Below, one piece after another: positions 1 through 11,351 of a stretch of DNA of 44,599 nt (position 1 is its first letter; each line of letters begins with the position of its first letter). This stretch comes from Thelocarpon superellum (taxonomy: Eukaryota). The notes under the pieces are model-generated. The model saw only the letters and a program-made list of their open reading frames with translations, did not search any database and was not told the DNA's origin. The stretch is taken from the NCBI GenBank assembly GCA_026025795.1, contig JAPEUG010000109.1, positions 1-44,599 of the forward strand, read 5' to 3'. Both the position numbers and the translations under genes were made by a program.

Positions 1-609
1 ACTTCATGTGCATATCTCTCTTATGCGGAGCATTTGCCTCTCTCCTGCGTAGCATTTGGGCGGGAGCAGTCAAGTTTTGTTCCTTAGGTAGCCGGCTTGT
101 GTGACCGTAAAGCTGTGGCGCAGGGCGCACATGCACCTAACTCAACTATGCACTGGCGGGTTTCGACCCACGTTTTGGCGGCCTTGCTGTTATGCCTATA
201 TGCAGATCCGTCGGAAAGGTCAGTGCAGAATAGAAGGCCTCCAATGCCTTAATGATGATATCCTTAGGCATTCGGTGTCATGGTCGGGAAACAGAGCGTC
301 TTCAAAGCCCCGGAGTTCCTCCTCCGCGAGAGAGCCCCGAATGTCCTGACTGCGCCATGAATGTCCATGTCCCGCATGCGAGACAGTTTCTATAAAGAGG
401 GTCTTGATCACCTTGCGCCGGTCCCTTATCCCCCAGATCACTCACGCTTTCATTCAGAAATCCCTTTCCTTCCAAGAAACCTTCTTCACGCAGCAGCCTC
501 GATCCCAACGCAACATCTGCCAAACACTACCCATCCTTGGCACTTAGTTCTTCCTGTCCTCCCTCTTCTCTTGTTCTGTCTCTCACATTCTCACCTCTAG
601 CCGTCCATC

Positions 610-1227
610 ATGTTCTACTCCTCGCACATCCTGGTCGTGTGCGGCGCGCTGCTCACGCAAGCCATGGCGCACCCCCCACCATCAGACTCGAGTTCCGCGC
701 CGCAGTCCGCGGTGCAGTCATCGGGGCAGTCCTCAGGCCTGTCGCCCTACGACGCCTTCAGCAAGGTAGCCGCAGCGTGTTGCTCCAATTCGTCGCTTAG
801 CTCGGTCATCACCGCATACTACAACGCGCAGCATCTCCAGGATGAATGCCCCGGATACAACTACAGCGAGGTGCGCAGCTGGCTCGAGGCGGCCGGGGTC
901 GCCCCGACGCCCGATCCTGCTCTGCAGCTCAACACTACCGCCTCGCCCGTGGCTCAGATGGGCCCGCAGCTGTCAGAAAGCGAAACCAAGCTTGCCATCG
1001 CCTGCTATACTGATATCGCCGACAATATTTCCGGCGATTACTTGAATGGATTCTGGTTACAGTGGAGTTGTCCGGGGTATACCGCGGATGAGGTTCGTGT
1101 GTGGATCAACGGGACGAAGAACGCGACAGGCGCTCCGGCACTCACTGCCAGCGAGATCGCCAACGCTAGCATGGTTGGTAGCGCTAGGGTTTTTGGTACC
1201 CCTCTTGTCAAGATCCCGTCGTCCTGA
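610..1227 (+). CDS. Small secreted Cys-containing protein with two internal CPGY repeats (orphan, effector-like), 205 aa, intronless
   Basis: ATG at 610; hydrophobic signal peptide (ILVVCGALLTQAMA-H); Ser-rich linker; two related modules AACC...ECPGYNYSEVRSWL and IACY...SCPGYTADEVRVWI; CT-rich leader upstream. Confidence 0.75.
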   Translation: MFYSSHILVVCGALLTQAMAHPPPSDSSSAPQSAVQSSGQSSGLSPYDAFSKVAAACCSNSSLSSVITAYYNAQHLQDECPGYNYSEVRSWLEAAGVAPTPDPALQLNTTASPVAQMGPQLSESETKLAIACYTDIADNISGDYLNGFWLQWSCPGYTADEVRVWINGTKNATGAPALTASEIANASMVGSARVFGTPLVKIPSS

Positions 1228-1633
1228 GTCTAAGGGAGTGGTGGAACCGCCACCAAGTCATGATATCGTCGTGATGCCGCGAGGTGAAACTGCTTAGACC
1301 TGAGCCCGCCTGCTTTGCTTGCTTTGACTGTACTCAATCGTCGTTTCTGTTTCGAGCGAGAGCGAGGTAGCAACTGATTTCATCAATTTACACCGGTGCC
1401 AAAAACCTGTACAAGCATCTCGCAATGATACTAGACATGAGAGCGAGTGAGCGCCCTCGGCAAACGCGACAGCAGTGATCTTTGTCCCGGTGAGCATGAC
1501 ACTTCTTCAAACCTGGCCTGGCCTACAAAGTGAGCGGATGACTGCGGCCATGGTAGACAAAACAACGATCGTGCAGAGATATAACCCAATCAGATCTCCG
1601 CCCTCAGGATTCCATTCATCCCGCCCCGGCACA

Positions 1634-4600
1634 TCACACCTCAGTCTCGACATCTGGCTCCCGTCCGTTAAGTGACACCCGGTTCTTCAAGCGTCGGACC
1701 GCAAACTTTGCCTCGTCTTTGGCAAAGGCCGCGTTGCGGATCGGGCGCCACTGCATGAGCCCGCGTTGGCGGCGGTGATTTTCGCGCTCGTTGGCTTTGT
1801 AGGATTTGTACTGGCTCATTGGCCCTGAAGATGTGTGCGTCGAGCCCTTGCTGCTGCCGACGTCGTCGGGCGCCTGGCGGTCTGCAGCGCCATTACTACT
1901 CGCAAAGTCTTGCACTCCGAGGTCGCTGATCGAGCTGGAAGCGTCCCCATCGTCCTCCTCGTCGTCCTCGTTGCGCTCGTCATCCTCGGCCTTGGCATTG
2001 TCTCGCTCGTGGCTGGACTCGTTGGATTCCGACACGGGCTTTCTGCGCGGAGGTCCTTCAACGTACTTGGCCGGATCCTCCCCAAATGCCCCACTCCAAT
2101 CCGTGCCGTCCTTGGACAACCATTGCTTCCTTTCTTCCGGATCCGCTTGCTTCAGCACGTCGCGGCCGTCAGTGAGCGATTGCTCGTGCAGCTTTTTGAC
2201 CGCCTCGGGGATGTCTTTCGTCACCATGTTGTCGCGCACCCCCTCGGCTTTGCAGGCCTCCCAGGTCTCCTGAGTCTCACGGGAGTCATTGTCGCTTACG
2301 AACAAGGCGTGGTCTTCGTCCGTGCCGGCTTTGAATCGGCCCCGGAAGTGGAGTCGTCCCACTTCCTGCACGTCCTCGTAGCCCTTGAGCTCTTTCACGT
2401 TCTCCTCCGTCACGTAGTTCTGGATCAGCCGAGCCCCGTGATTGGTGCGCCAGATCGGAAGATTGATGTTGGTGTCCTCATTGTCCACCAGGTGATGGAG
2501 CCAGAGCACCGCATAGGCGTCGGCTTGCCGTTTGCCGGTCGTGTGGAACTCTAGCACCACAGGAGATCGATAGCGATACTTGACGGGGAGCCGCACTGCC
2601 TTCTTGCCGTCCTTCTTCGACAAATCCCAGAAGATGCCGTCTCCCTCCGGAAGCTTCTGGGCTTGGTTTCGTGGTACCTTCCCGGTGCTGCCACCGGTCC
2701 GCATCTTCAGCTTGGCATTGCTGGTGTAGTTGAGCGCAAGAATGCGGTCGGACGTAAACTCAAAGGTCCCGACGTCCCATCCCAGCATATTCGGCGGCAG
2801 CTTCGTTTCCACGCTCCGGAAGAGCAGCGACAGCCGGATGCGACCGAAACCCTAGCCAGACCATTAGCCAGCCCTATACACGCCATCCACACCATCTCAC
2901 GTACCACACCACCATCCAGCGGATACCATCGAGTCACCTGCGAACTGGACGAGAGCACCTCGGAGAGCTTGAGCGGTACCACACCAAGGATGGGGTCGTG
3001 CTCTCGTTGACGCTGGTCGCGGACCGTCACGGTAACGATGGCTGAGCGCCAGTCTCGCACGAAGCGCTCGGTTCCAGCGTTGAAGATAGGTTTACTACTC
3101 ACAGCTTTGGCGCGGGTACGATAGACCTAGGATGTCGCCATCAGTATTGGTCGTCGTCGACATCCGAGAAAACCCTATACACACCAATTGATCGTTCAAA
3201 AGGATCGTGCAGTAGCCATTCGGCAGGCGGCCGCCCTCCTCCTCAATGTTCTCGCCCGATGGTTTGGCGGGCTCGTATTCGCGACCCTTGCGGTTCCCTT
3301 GGCTACCGTGGATATTGTCAAGCTCAAGATTCACAATCTGATGGACAATGATGGAGCAGACTCCACTGGGCCAGAGCGGATCCGGCGGGGTGTGCGCGAC
3401 AGCATCCTCCTCGGCCGTGTCCAGGCTCCCTTTCTTGTCTTGGAGCTCCGGCTTATCTTTCAGGCTATCCGGTAGGTTCGTGTCCTTGCCGTGCGAACGA
3501 AGGGCCGGTCGGAACTTGGGTTTGCCGAAGAATCCGACTTCCCAGTGGAGCTCACCGGGCATACTGGAATCGGCCTCTAGGCCTCGCAGCTTCGACACAT
3601 GTGGATACATCTTACTCGGATGCTGTATCATCTTCTGGAGGGACAGTTCCACCTTGCCCACGATGTCGTCCGCACTCGACCGATCGCTGTCCCACAGCTC
3701 CACCGAGAGCTGTTCGTCCGCCTTGATCAGATCGGGTGTCACCAAGAGCGCCGCCGTTTCTTCCCAGAGCGGATTCAGGTCGTCCGTGATGACGCGCGTG
3801 CAGTACATGGGCTTGCCGTATTTGGAGAAGCTGATGGTAATGTAGGGATCGCTGCCGCCTCCTTTGCTGCCACGGCGGTCTTGTTTGCTCAAGTCGACAG
3901 CGCGGTGGATGCGGATCCAGAGGACTCCAAGGGCGTCGACCTCCTTCTGCACGTCGTCGCCCGCGAGCATCTTGCCCATGTCCAAGGTCATGGACTTGGG
4001 TGCCACGTACATGCTGGCTGCCGCGCCAATGGCATAGTTGACGAAGTTGGAGATGAGCGGGAGATTCAGGATGTTGACGCCACGCTGGACCATGGGGATG
4101 CAGCCGGCCTGGACGTGCGGAAGTCCCATCAGGGTGAAGGTGAGCGTTTTCAGGAACGGCGGCTCCGGCGACATCTGGAGACGGATGCGCACCGTTCCCA
4201 CCAGCCGCTGTAGCTCCACCCAGATGGGTAGAGGCAGGCCAAAGAGACCTCGCACGCCCAGGTAGAAGACGATCTGCATGTGCATGTTCCGCGCCTTTTC
4301 CGACACGGATCCGCTCGTGGGGGCGGCGTGGTAGGCAAAGGCGCATTCGATGTTGTAGTAGTCTCCGCCTTCCTCATCGGCCGCCAGCTCTTGCGGGTCC
4401 TTGTGCTTCTCATTCTCCGCGTGGATGCTATCTTTCAGCTCCTTGACATGATCGTCGGGCAGGGCACGTAAGCTGAGGATTCGGAGAGGGTTGTTCCCTT
4501 GGTTGATCTCGGCCACCCGGATGTTTTCTACTTCGCATTAGAAGAGGCTCACATGCTGCCGGAAGGGGTTGGGGACGGGATGTCCTCACCGACCACTTTG

Positions 4601-5471
4601 GGCATCGAGGCTTGCATGACATCTTCGAGGGTATCGGCAAGCCCGACGAACATGTCGGGGTCGATGAGGCCCCAGATTACTCCCATGAGCGTATTCATCC
4701 ATTCAACGGACTCGGGGATCAGATTCGCCGTAGCCGTCTCGCCTCGTTTCTTCTCGCTGTGCCATTCAACCTCGCGTCCACTCCGGACGACCTCCTTCAT
4801 CCATAGCCAGATGCCGGAGGCAACACATGCGGCGGTGGGAATTAGACCCCAGAGGGAGCCTCCAAAGAACTTTCCCAAGAAGATGATGGTTACTAGAACC
4901 CCGATGCAGAGCAGTCCCGCCCGTTTCTCGAGCCCGGCAAACGCGGGCTCGTAGCTGACGGACGGCGTCGGGTGAAAGAGGATATTGGTCTTCTCGCCAC
5001 GGATAGGGACATCGGAGGTGCTGTCCGGGTGGATGGGGTCGGGTGGAGCCGTGACATCCTGATTTTGCTTGTATTCCTCGCCGGACTGGGAGGCATCGGT
5101 TTTCACTGGGGTCGGCTTTCCTAAGTTGGCGTTGGGCACCGAGAGCTAAGTCCAGTCAGTTCTTCGTCTCATGGCCTGTGAACATTTCCAAGGGCACGGA
5201 CTTGAGGATTTTCGACATGGTTCATGATATTCTTGTGGACATCTTCGATCACGACCGTGTTACCCGTGGTCGGGTCGGTGACGGTCTTCTGGGTGCCCTC
5301 TTTCGACGCGGCCACCGGGCGATGCGGCTGAGGGCCACCTTCCTGCTGCTTCCGTGCCTCATCCAGTCGCCGGTCTCTCTCCGCCTTATCGCGGTCGAGA
5401 TTCTCGACAAACTTTTGAATGTTGGGGATGGGGTTTTTTCCCGAATAATGGCCTTGACCCATGGTCGCCAT
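1634..5471 (-). CDS. Mug190/tricalbin-like membrane contact-site protein (TM hairpin, SMP lipid-transfer domain, C2 domains), ~1202 aa, 5 exons
   Basis: Exons 5471-5202, 5145-4590, 4527-3185, 3126-2905, 2851-1634 joined by GT-AG introns, 3609 nt total. N-term YSGKNPIPNIQKF; TM pair then SMP start PESVEWMNTL...LADTLEDVMQAS; C2 motifs SDPYITISF, LWDSDRSSADDIVG; C-term GLMQWRPIRN. Confidence 0.88.
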
Positions 5472-6681
5472 CTTGTGTGACGGACGAGAGGGAATACTCG
5501 AGGAATCGTAAACGCGAGAGATCAGTTTCGTCACTTGCCTCGATCCTCGCACATCAATGACAAATGACGCAGGCGAGAGCCAAAGGCTTTTGGGAAATGC
5601 AGGTTGAAGCGAAAGAATTTGGCGGTCGGGGTTCTTATGACGAGAGGGTGTGAAGGGGAAGAGCGTGACACAGGTGTGGTTGCGGTGGCAATGAAGTCAT
5701 TGGCATCGGAGCTTCTCGAGGTCAAAGAGATTGGCATCGCTGCCATTCCAGAGACCGGAACCGGATAGCTATCGAAAGGAGGCTGTTTAGGGGCTACGTC
5801 ATATCTCCGCCTGCCGAGAAGCGCGCCTCCGATCGCTTCCAAAATGAATTACGCGGTGGCGCAACGACCCAATCACTGCTCCCACGGCCTCTACAGCGAG
5901 ATCGAGCGATTCCCGTCGCAGGATCGTACGGTTACCCGATGGAGGGTAGAAGATCCAGGATCGCCGTAGCCGGAAAAGTTCGCAGGAACACTGAACGATG
6001 GCTATTATGCACAATGGCATGAGCAGCGTTAGTGTGCACTTCCTGATCGCGCTTCGACAGCCAGCGACCGTACAGCGTCCGGGCTGGGAACTAACGTTAC
6101 TAAGTAGAAGCTCTACTATGCCCTTTCGGCGAGCACCTGCGAAGCGACCATCCCTGCGCCAAGCGTGGTTTTGGAGGAGAGTCTCGTGACTCCTCTTCCT
6201 ATCCGACCGCTTGCATCTAATGCTCACGGCGCGGTCAGTGAAGCAGTGAACTGCTAACCCGTGTCAGAAAGGGGAGTAATCAGAGTAAAATCGAAGAGAG
6301 GACCGGTGGTAACCACAGCTGCAGAGAAGAATTGGAAAATGGTAGAGACATGCATCGGGGCCGTGAGGCACAGTGCATGGTACGGGACAGGCGAACCGCG
6401 CACTCAGAAACTTGAGCAATGGCCACAGTCCTCGTACCTGCGGGCCAAAAATGCCACCAAGGAGACATGCAAGAGTGGAGCTCGGTGGATTCGTCATACC
6501 CCTGCGGATGACTGCTTCCGCGACTGCGTACGAGTGCAACGATACAAATCCGCCTCGAACGGCGGAGGAATACGACGTGGCACGCGTACTCATACCTAGA
6601 AGGCCTCGCCTACGCCATAGCCGTCATGTCCAATAGTGGACGACTTCGCAGGGATTGGCGCGGGAGCCACACAGCATTGTC

Positions 6682-6759
6682 TCCGTTGCTCCGGATCCAC
6701 TCCGCCGCTAACATCGCTCCCCTCAACCGCCTCCACCCCGCACTCCACCATCACCCCAC
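6682..6759. promoter_or_regulatory. Candidate carbon-regulation elements upstream of acetyl-CoA synthetase (CreA-type SYGGRG cluster, one CSRE-like site)
   Basis: CYCCRS (reverse of SYGGRG) at 6700, 6731, 6736, 6743, 6754; TCCGTTGCTCCG at 6682-6693 is one mismatch from the yeast CSRE consensus YCCRTTNRNCCG; about 380-460 bp upstream of the ATG. Short motifs in C-rich DNA, so chance is possible. Confidence 0.3.
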
Positions 6760-7140
6760 TTCCGTTCTGACCAAGAAAAAGACCCAGGCCCAGCTGATCA
6801 GGCGGCCGGCCGTGGAACCGCTCCCCCATTGGATGAGGAAATGAACTCCTCCCCCCCATGTAGCTAGAGAGAAGAACCGGCCGGCGACGGGCCCGAGTTG
6901 TCTCCCGTTGGCCGTATCTCACTTGGTCGGTGCACGGTGCATGGTGCACGGGGCAGCTGCCAGAGCTCTTCGGGAAGCCGGACAAGTCATGACGGGAGCT
7001 GCCCCATCTCCCCTCTCTTCATTGTAGTTGGTGCCTGTTATTCGTAGACCATCCGCTCCACCGTCCATCATTTGCACTCGCCCATCGGCCCAAGCATCTG
7101 CAATTGTCGTGACAGCTCGCCCCTTCTGGTGTTCATCACC

Positions 7141-9552
7141 ATGTCTGACGGGACTGTGCAACCACCGGCCGTGGAGGAGGCACGCGAAGTTCAGACGGTA
7201 AGCGCCGTCTCCAGACGCCCCCACCAGAGGCCCTGCGCACGCAGAGCAGGGTGGAGCTGGCCGCGAACGGTGGCTGACACGATGGCGACGTAGTTCCAAG
7301 TGCCAAAGCCCTTCTTCGAGTGAGTGAATGGAGAGCACGGCGAGACACCGTCGCTCGGTCAGCCGGAGAACCTCCACTTTTGGTGGCTAACGTTGTCGTG
7401 CCAGCAAACACCCTTCGACACCACATCTCTCTGGGGTCGACGAATACCAGAAGCTATATAGAGAGTCGATCGAGCAGCCGGATGCATTCTGGGGTCGTTT
7501 GGCGCGCCAGTTGCTGACGTGGGAGCGCGACTTCGACACAGTGCACTCGGGCTCCTTCGTCAACGGCGACAACGCCTGGTTCCTCGGGGGCCGGCTCAAT
7601 GCGTCATTCAACTGCGTCGACCGTCACGCCATCAAGGACCCCGAGCGCCCCGCCATCATCTACGAGGCCGACGAGCCCACGGCCGGTCGCATCATCACCT
7701 ATGGCGAGCTCCTGCGCCAGGTGTCCAAGCTTGCATATGTGCTTAAGCAGATGGGCGTCAAGAAGGGCGACACCGTAGCCATCTATCTGCCCATGATTCC
7801 CGAGGCCATCGTCGCCTTCTTGGCATGCACGCGCATCGGTGCCGTTCATTCTGTCGTCTTCGCCGGCTTCTCTTCGGACTCGCTGCGCGATCGGGTCATC
7901 GATGCCCAGTCCAAGGTCGTCATCACCACCGACGAGGGCAAGCGCGGCGGTAAGATCATCGCGACCAAAAAGATTGTCGATGATGCGCTGAAACAATGCC
8001 CCGACGTCCGGCACTGCCTGGTCTTCCAAAGGACTGGCACCGACGTGCCATGGACCAAAGGCCGTGATTATTGGTGGCATGAGGAGCTTGAAAAGTACCC
8101 CGCCTACATCCCGCCCGAGTCCATGAGCGCCGAGGATCCGCTTTTTTTGCTCTACACCTCTGGCTCGACGGGGAAGCCCAAGGGCGTCATGCATACCACC
8201 GGCGGCTACCTGTTGGGCGCCGCGGCCACAGGCAAGTACGTCTTCGACATCCACGACACTGATAAGTTCTTCTGCGGCGGGGACGTCGGATGGATTACGG
8301 GCCATACCTACGTCGTGTATGCGCCCCTACTCCTGGGCGTGGCCACCGTCGTCTTCGAGGGCACGCCAGCCTATCCCGATTTCTCGCGGTACTGGCAGGT
8401 TATCGAGAAGCATCAGGTCACACAGTTCTATGTCGCCCCGACGGCCCTCCGTCTGTTGAAGCGTGCGGGCGACCATTTTGTCAGCCACCCGATGAAGCAA
8501 CTGCGCGTGCTCGGCTCCGTGGGGGAGCCCATTGCGGCGGAGGTATGGCAATGGTATCACAACATCGTCGGCAAGGAGGAAGCGCACGTGGTCGATGTAA
8601 GTGGCGGCACTTTCGTGGACAGTGACGCCTTGACTGACACTCGGTGCAGACGTACTGGCAAACGGAGACGGGATCGCACGTCATCACTCCCTTGGCCGGT
8701 GTGACGCCCACGAAGCCGGGAAGTGCCTCGCTACCATTCTTCGGCATCGAGCCAGCCATCATCGATCCCGTGTCAGGGGTTGAGATTGAGGGTAATGACG
8801 TCGAGGGCGTATTGGCGATCAAGAAGCCATGGCCTAGCATGGCTCGAACGGTGTGGGGCGCGCACAAGCGCTATATGGACACCTACCTCAATGTTTACAA
8901 GGGATACTACGTACGCGCGGCCTTGGCCGACCATCCCTGAGTCCACTCTGTAGCCTCGCTAACAGCATCACAGTTCACGGGCGACGGTGCGGCCCGCGAT
9001 CACGACGGATATTACTGGATTCGGGGCCGTGTCGACGATGTGGTGAATGTCAGCGGTCATCGACTGTCGACGGCAGAGATCGAGGCGGCGCTGATTGAGC
9101 ACCGTACGTATCTGGATCAAGATGATTTCGCGGCGCAACAGACTGATCATCCCGCAGATGCGGTGGCCGAATCTGCGGTGGTCGGCATCACTGACGATCT
9201 GACCGGCCAAGCGGTCAACGCCTTCGTGGCGATCAAAGACGGACACGAGGCTAGCGACCACTTGCGCAAGGAACTGATCATGCAGGTGCGCAAGTCGATC
9301 GGGCCCTTTGCCGCGCCCAAGGCCATCTACATCGTGCCCGATCTGCCCAAGACGCGCTCTGGCAAGATCATGCGCCGCATTCTGCGCAAGATCTTGTCGG
9401 GCGAGGAGGACTCACTGGGCGATACCTCGACGGTACGTGTGTCTCGTCTTTTCGTGCTAGCCAGCGCTCGGATGCGCCCTGACCGGCCATAGCTCTCGGA
9501 CCCTGGCGTCGTCGACACGATCATCGAGATCGTGCACACGTCCAAGAAGTAG
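7141..9552 (+). CDS. facA: Acetyl-CoA synthetase (AMP-forming; FacA/AcuA/Acs1 orthologue), 666 aa, 7 exons
   Basis: Exons 7141-7197, 7294-7319, 7405-8596, 8650-8910, 8974-9103, 9158-9432, 9493-9552 (2001 nt). Motifs [59 protein letters not shown]. Confidence 0.97.
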
Positions 9553-11351
9553 CTCGGTGTCACCACTGATACGAACGAGGCACCTATAGGAGCCAGGAGC
9601 GAGCCACGGCCAAGTCTACATGTCCGCGGAATGTGAAGGTACTCGGACCAATCGTGCTGTCTGTCAATCTGTGATGTTTCTTGTCCCTCTCTTTGATCAT
9701 ACCTTGCGTCCTATGTAGTGCCAAATTGATTGGAATCCTCTCATTCTCGTTCCCCAGCGACACATATGATGAAAAGGGAAGATCTCAGGATGAAGGCCTC
9801 GTGATGCGTGATTCCAAGACGCACCGTGTCTTTGTAGGCTCGGCGAAAAAGATGCGCGCACGTGACGTGGCATGATCCCGGATGCAGAAAAATAGCATCG
9901 TGTAGGAGCGCGCACGTGATCTGGTCACGTGTCCACTCCTATTACTATCCCAGACTATGCCTAGATTAGCAATTCAGCTCTGATTTCTACAATCGTCTAG
10001 ATTTCTTCATGCAGCGTATAAACAGCGGAACGGTGCAATTCGAGCTTCTCGTGGGGGCATCTCCTGTGTATGCGTCGGAGGAGTGGATGGCGCAGAGTCT
10101 CAAGGTAGTTATTGAGTCCCTGCCCAGCGGGGAGTAGGCAGTTGAAGTCTACTTCTAGCTCTTCCCGATAACTTCCTTGCTCTTATCGCAACAAACATGA
10201 GCTCGACAGGACGCCAACTACGGGACGAGCGGACCACGCATCAAAGTACTTCGTACTGAATCCCTCTCGTCTGATTGCCCACTACCACAGGTCCTCCGCT
10301 GGTGCGCAGACACAGTATTGGTTGGCACCCGTCATAGCTGTGAGCTAACGGTTGCAAACGTTAAACACCATGGCAAGGGGAGGGGCTAGGTCGGACGGGG
10401 ATGTTGTTGCATCTCGGTCCTTCATCACTGCCCGGGCGCTAGAGAACCCACCAAAGCCCCACCTTGACCAAGCACAAGGCTGCCCGAGTCGAGAGCCGTG
10501 TTTTCCGCAGCTGCGCGCTGGTCGTGGAGGGGTGTGTGATACCTGGCCAACCATTCGCTTACCGCCGCCTGCTTTCAGTCCATGGGCAACAGCGCACTGG
10601 CGACGGGCTAGACGGGGTGTTATAGATCTTTGCCTTGTCCGACCGGTAAAGGCAGCATTCGTATTCGAGCACGAGCCGGCCCCGCGACCTCTGTACGGTC
10701 GCTAGCATCGCACGCGTGCGGTACTCGTATCTTTTACGCTGTACGAGTACTTCGTACCGTAGTAGTTGATCGCGTCAGCGTTGCCCGTGGGCTTCGTCCG
10801 CAGCAACAGTTGCTCTAGTCACCTGCGCACGGGTGCCCAGGCGCGCCACCCTTTCGCTCGACGGGCCCCCGGCACCGGTCGCCGCGCAACGACCGAGGGC
10901 GGTGGGTACGAGATACGACATAGGCACAAAATAATAATAGTGCGTAGTTGACGAACTCGTACGCAGTCCTCCCCACCAGGAATGGTTAATGGCGTCCTTG
11001 CATTGTCGCAGGTCCTCGTAATAGCCTACACCCAACCAACCACGGCGTAGTTACCCGTCCGCCCTGAGTATTGTCGGCGTCAAATCAGCCCCAATCTCAC
11101 GGATCACTGCCACCAGCCTAAGCCACGCTCATACCGTCGACCGCGGCCAGCTTGCCTCTCGTTCTCGACCGCCTCCCCCCTCTCTCACTTACTACTTCAT
11201 CTCGCTCCCTTCGCTCATGTACACCACAACCTAACCAGCTTCGTTGCGTCGCACGTCGAGCGGGCGATCGATCGGCGGCGTGCCCGACTCTCCGACTCCT
11301 CGATCCTCCCATGGTGCTGGTCTGTACCACCACCCTCGCGCTCTCGTCACC

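Noticed and set aside
1806..4346. Several 100-240 aa ORFs overlapping the Mug190-like gene
   Set aside because: Antisense or alternative-frame shadows of a well-supported gene
6261..6636. Short ORFs between the Mug190-like gene and ACS
   Set aside because: No motifs or splice structure; probably promoter DNA
9766..9860. ATGATGA as a possible box C of a C/D snoRNA
   Set aside because: No downstream CTGA box D at a suitable distance and no terminal stem
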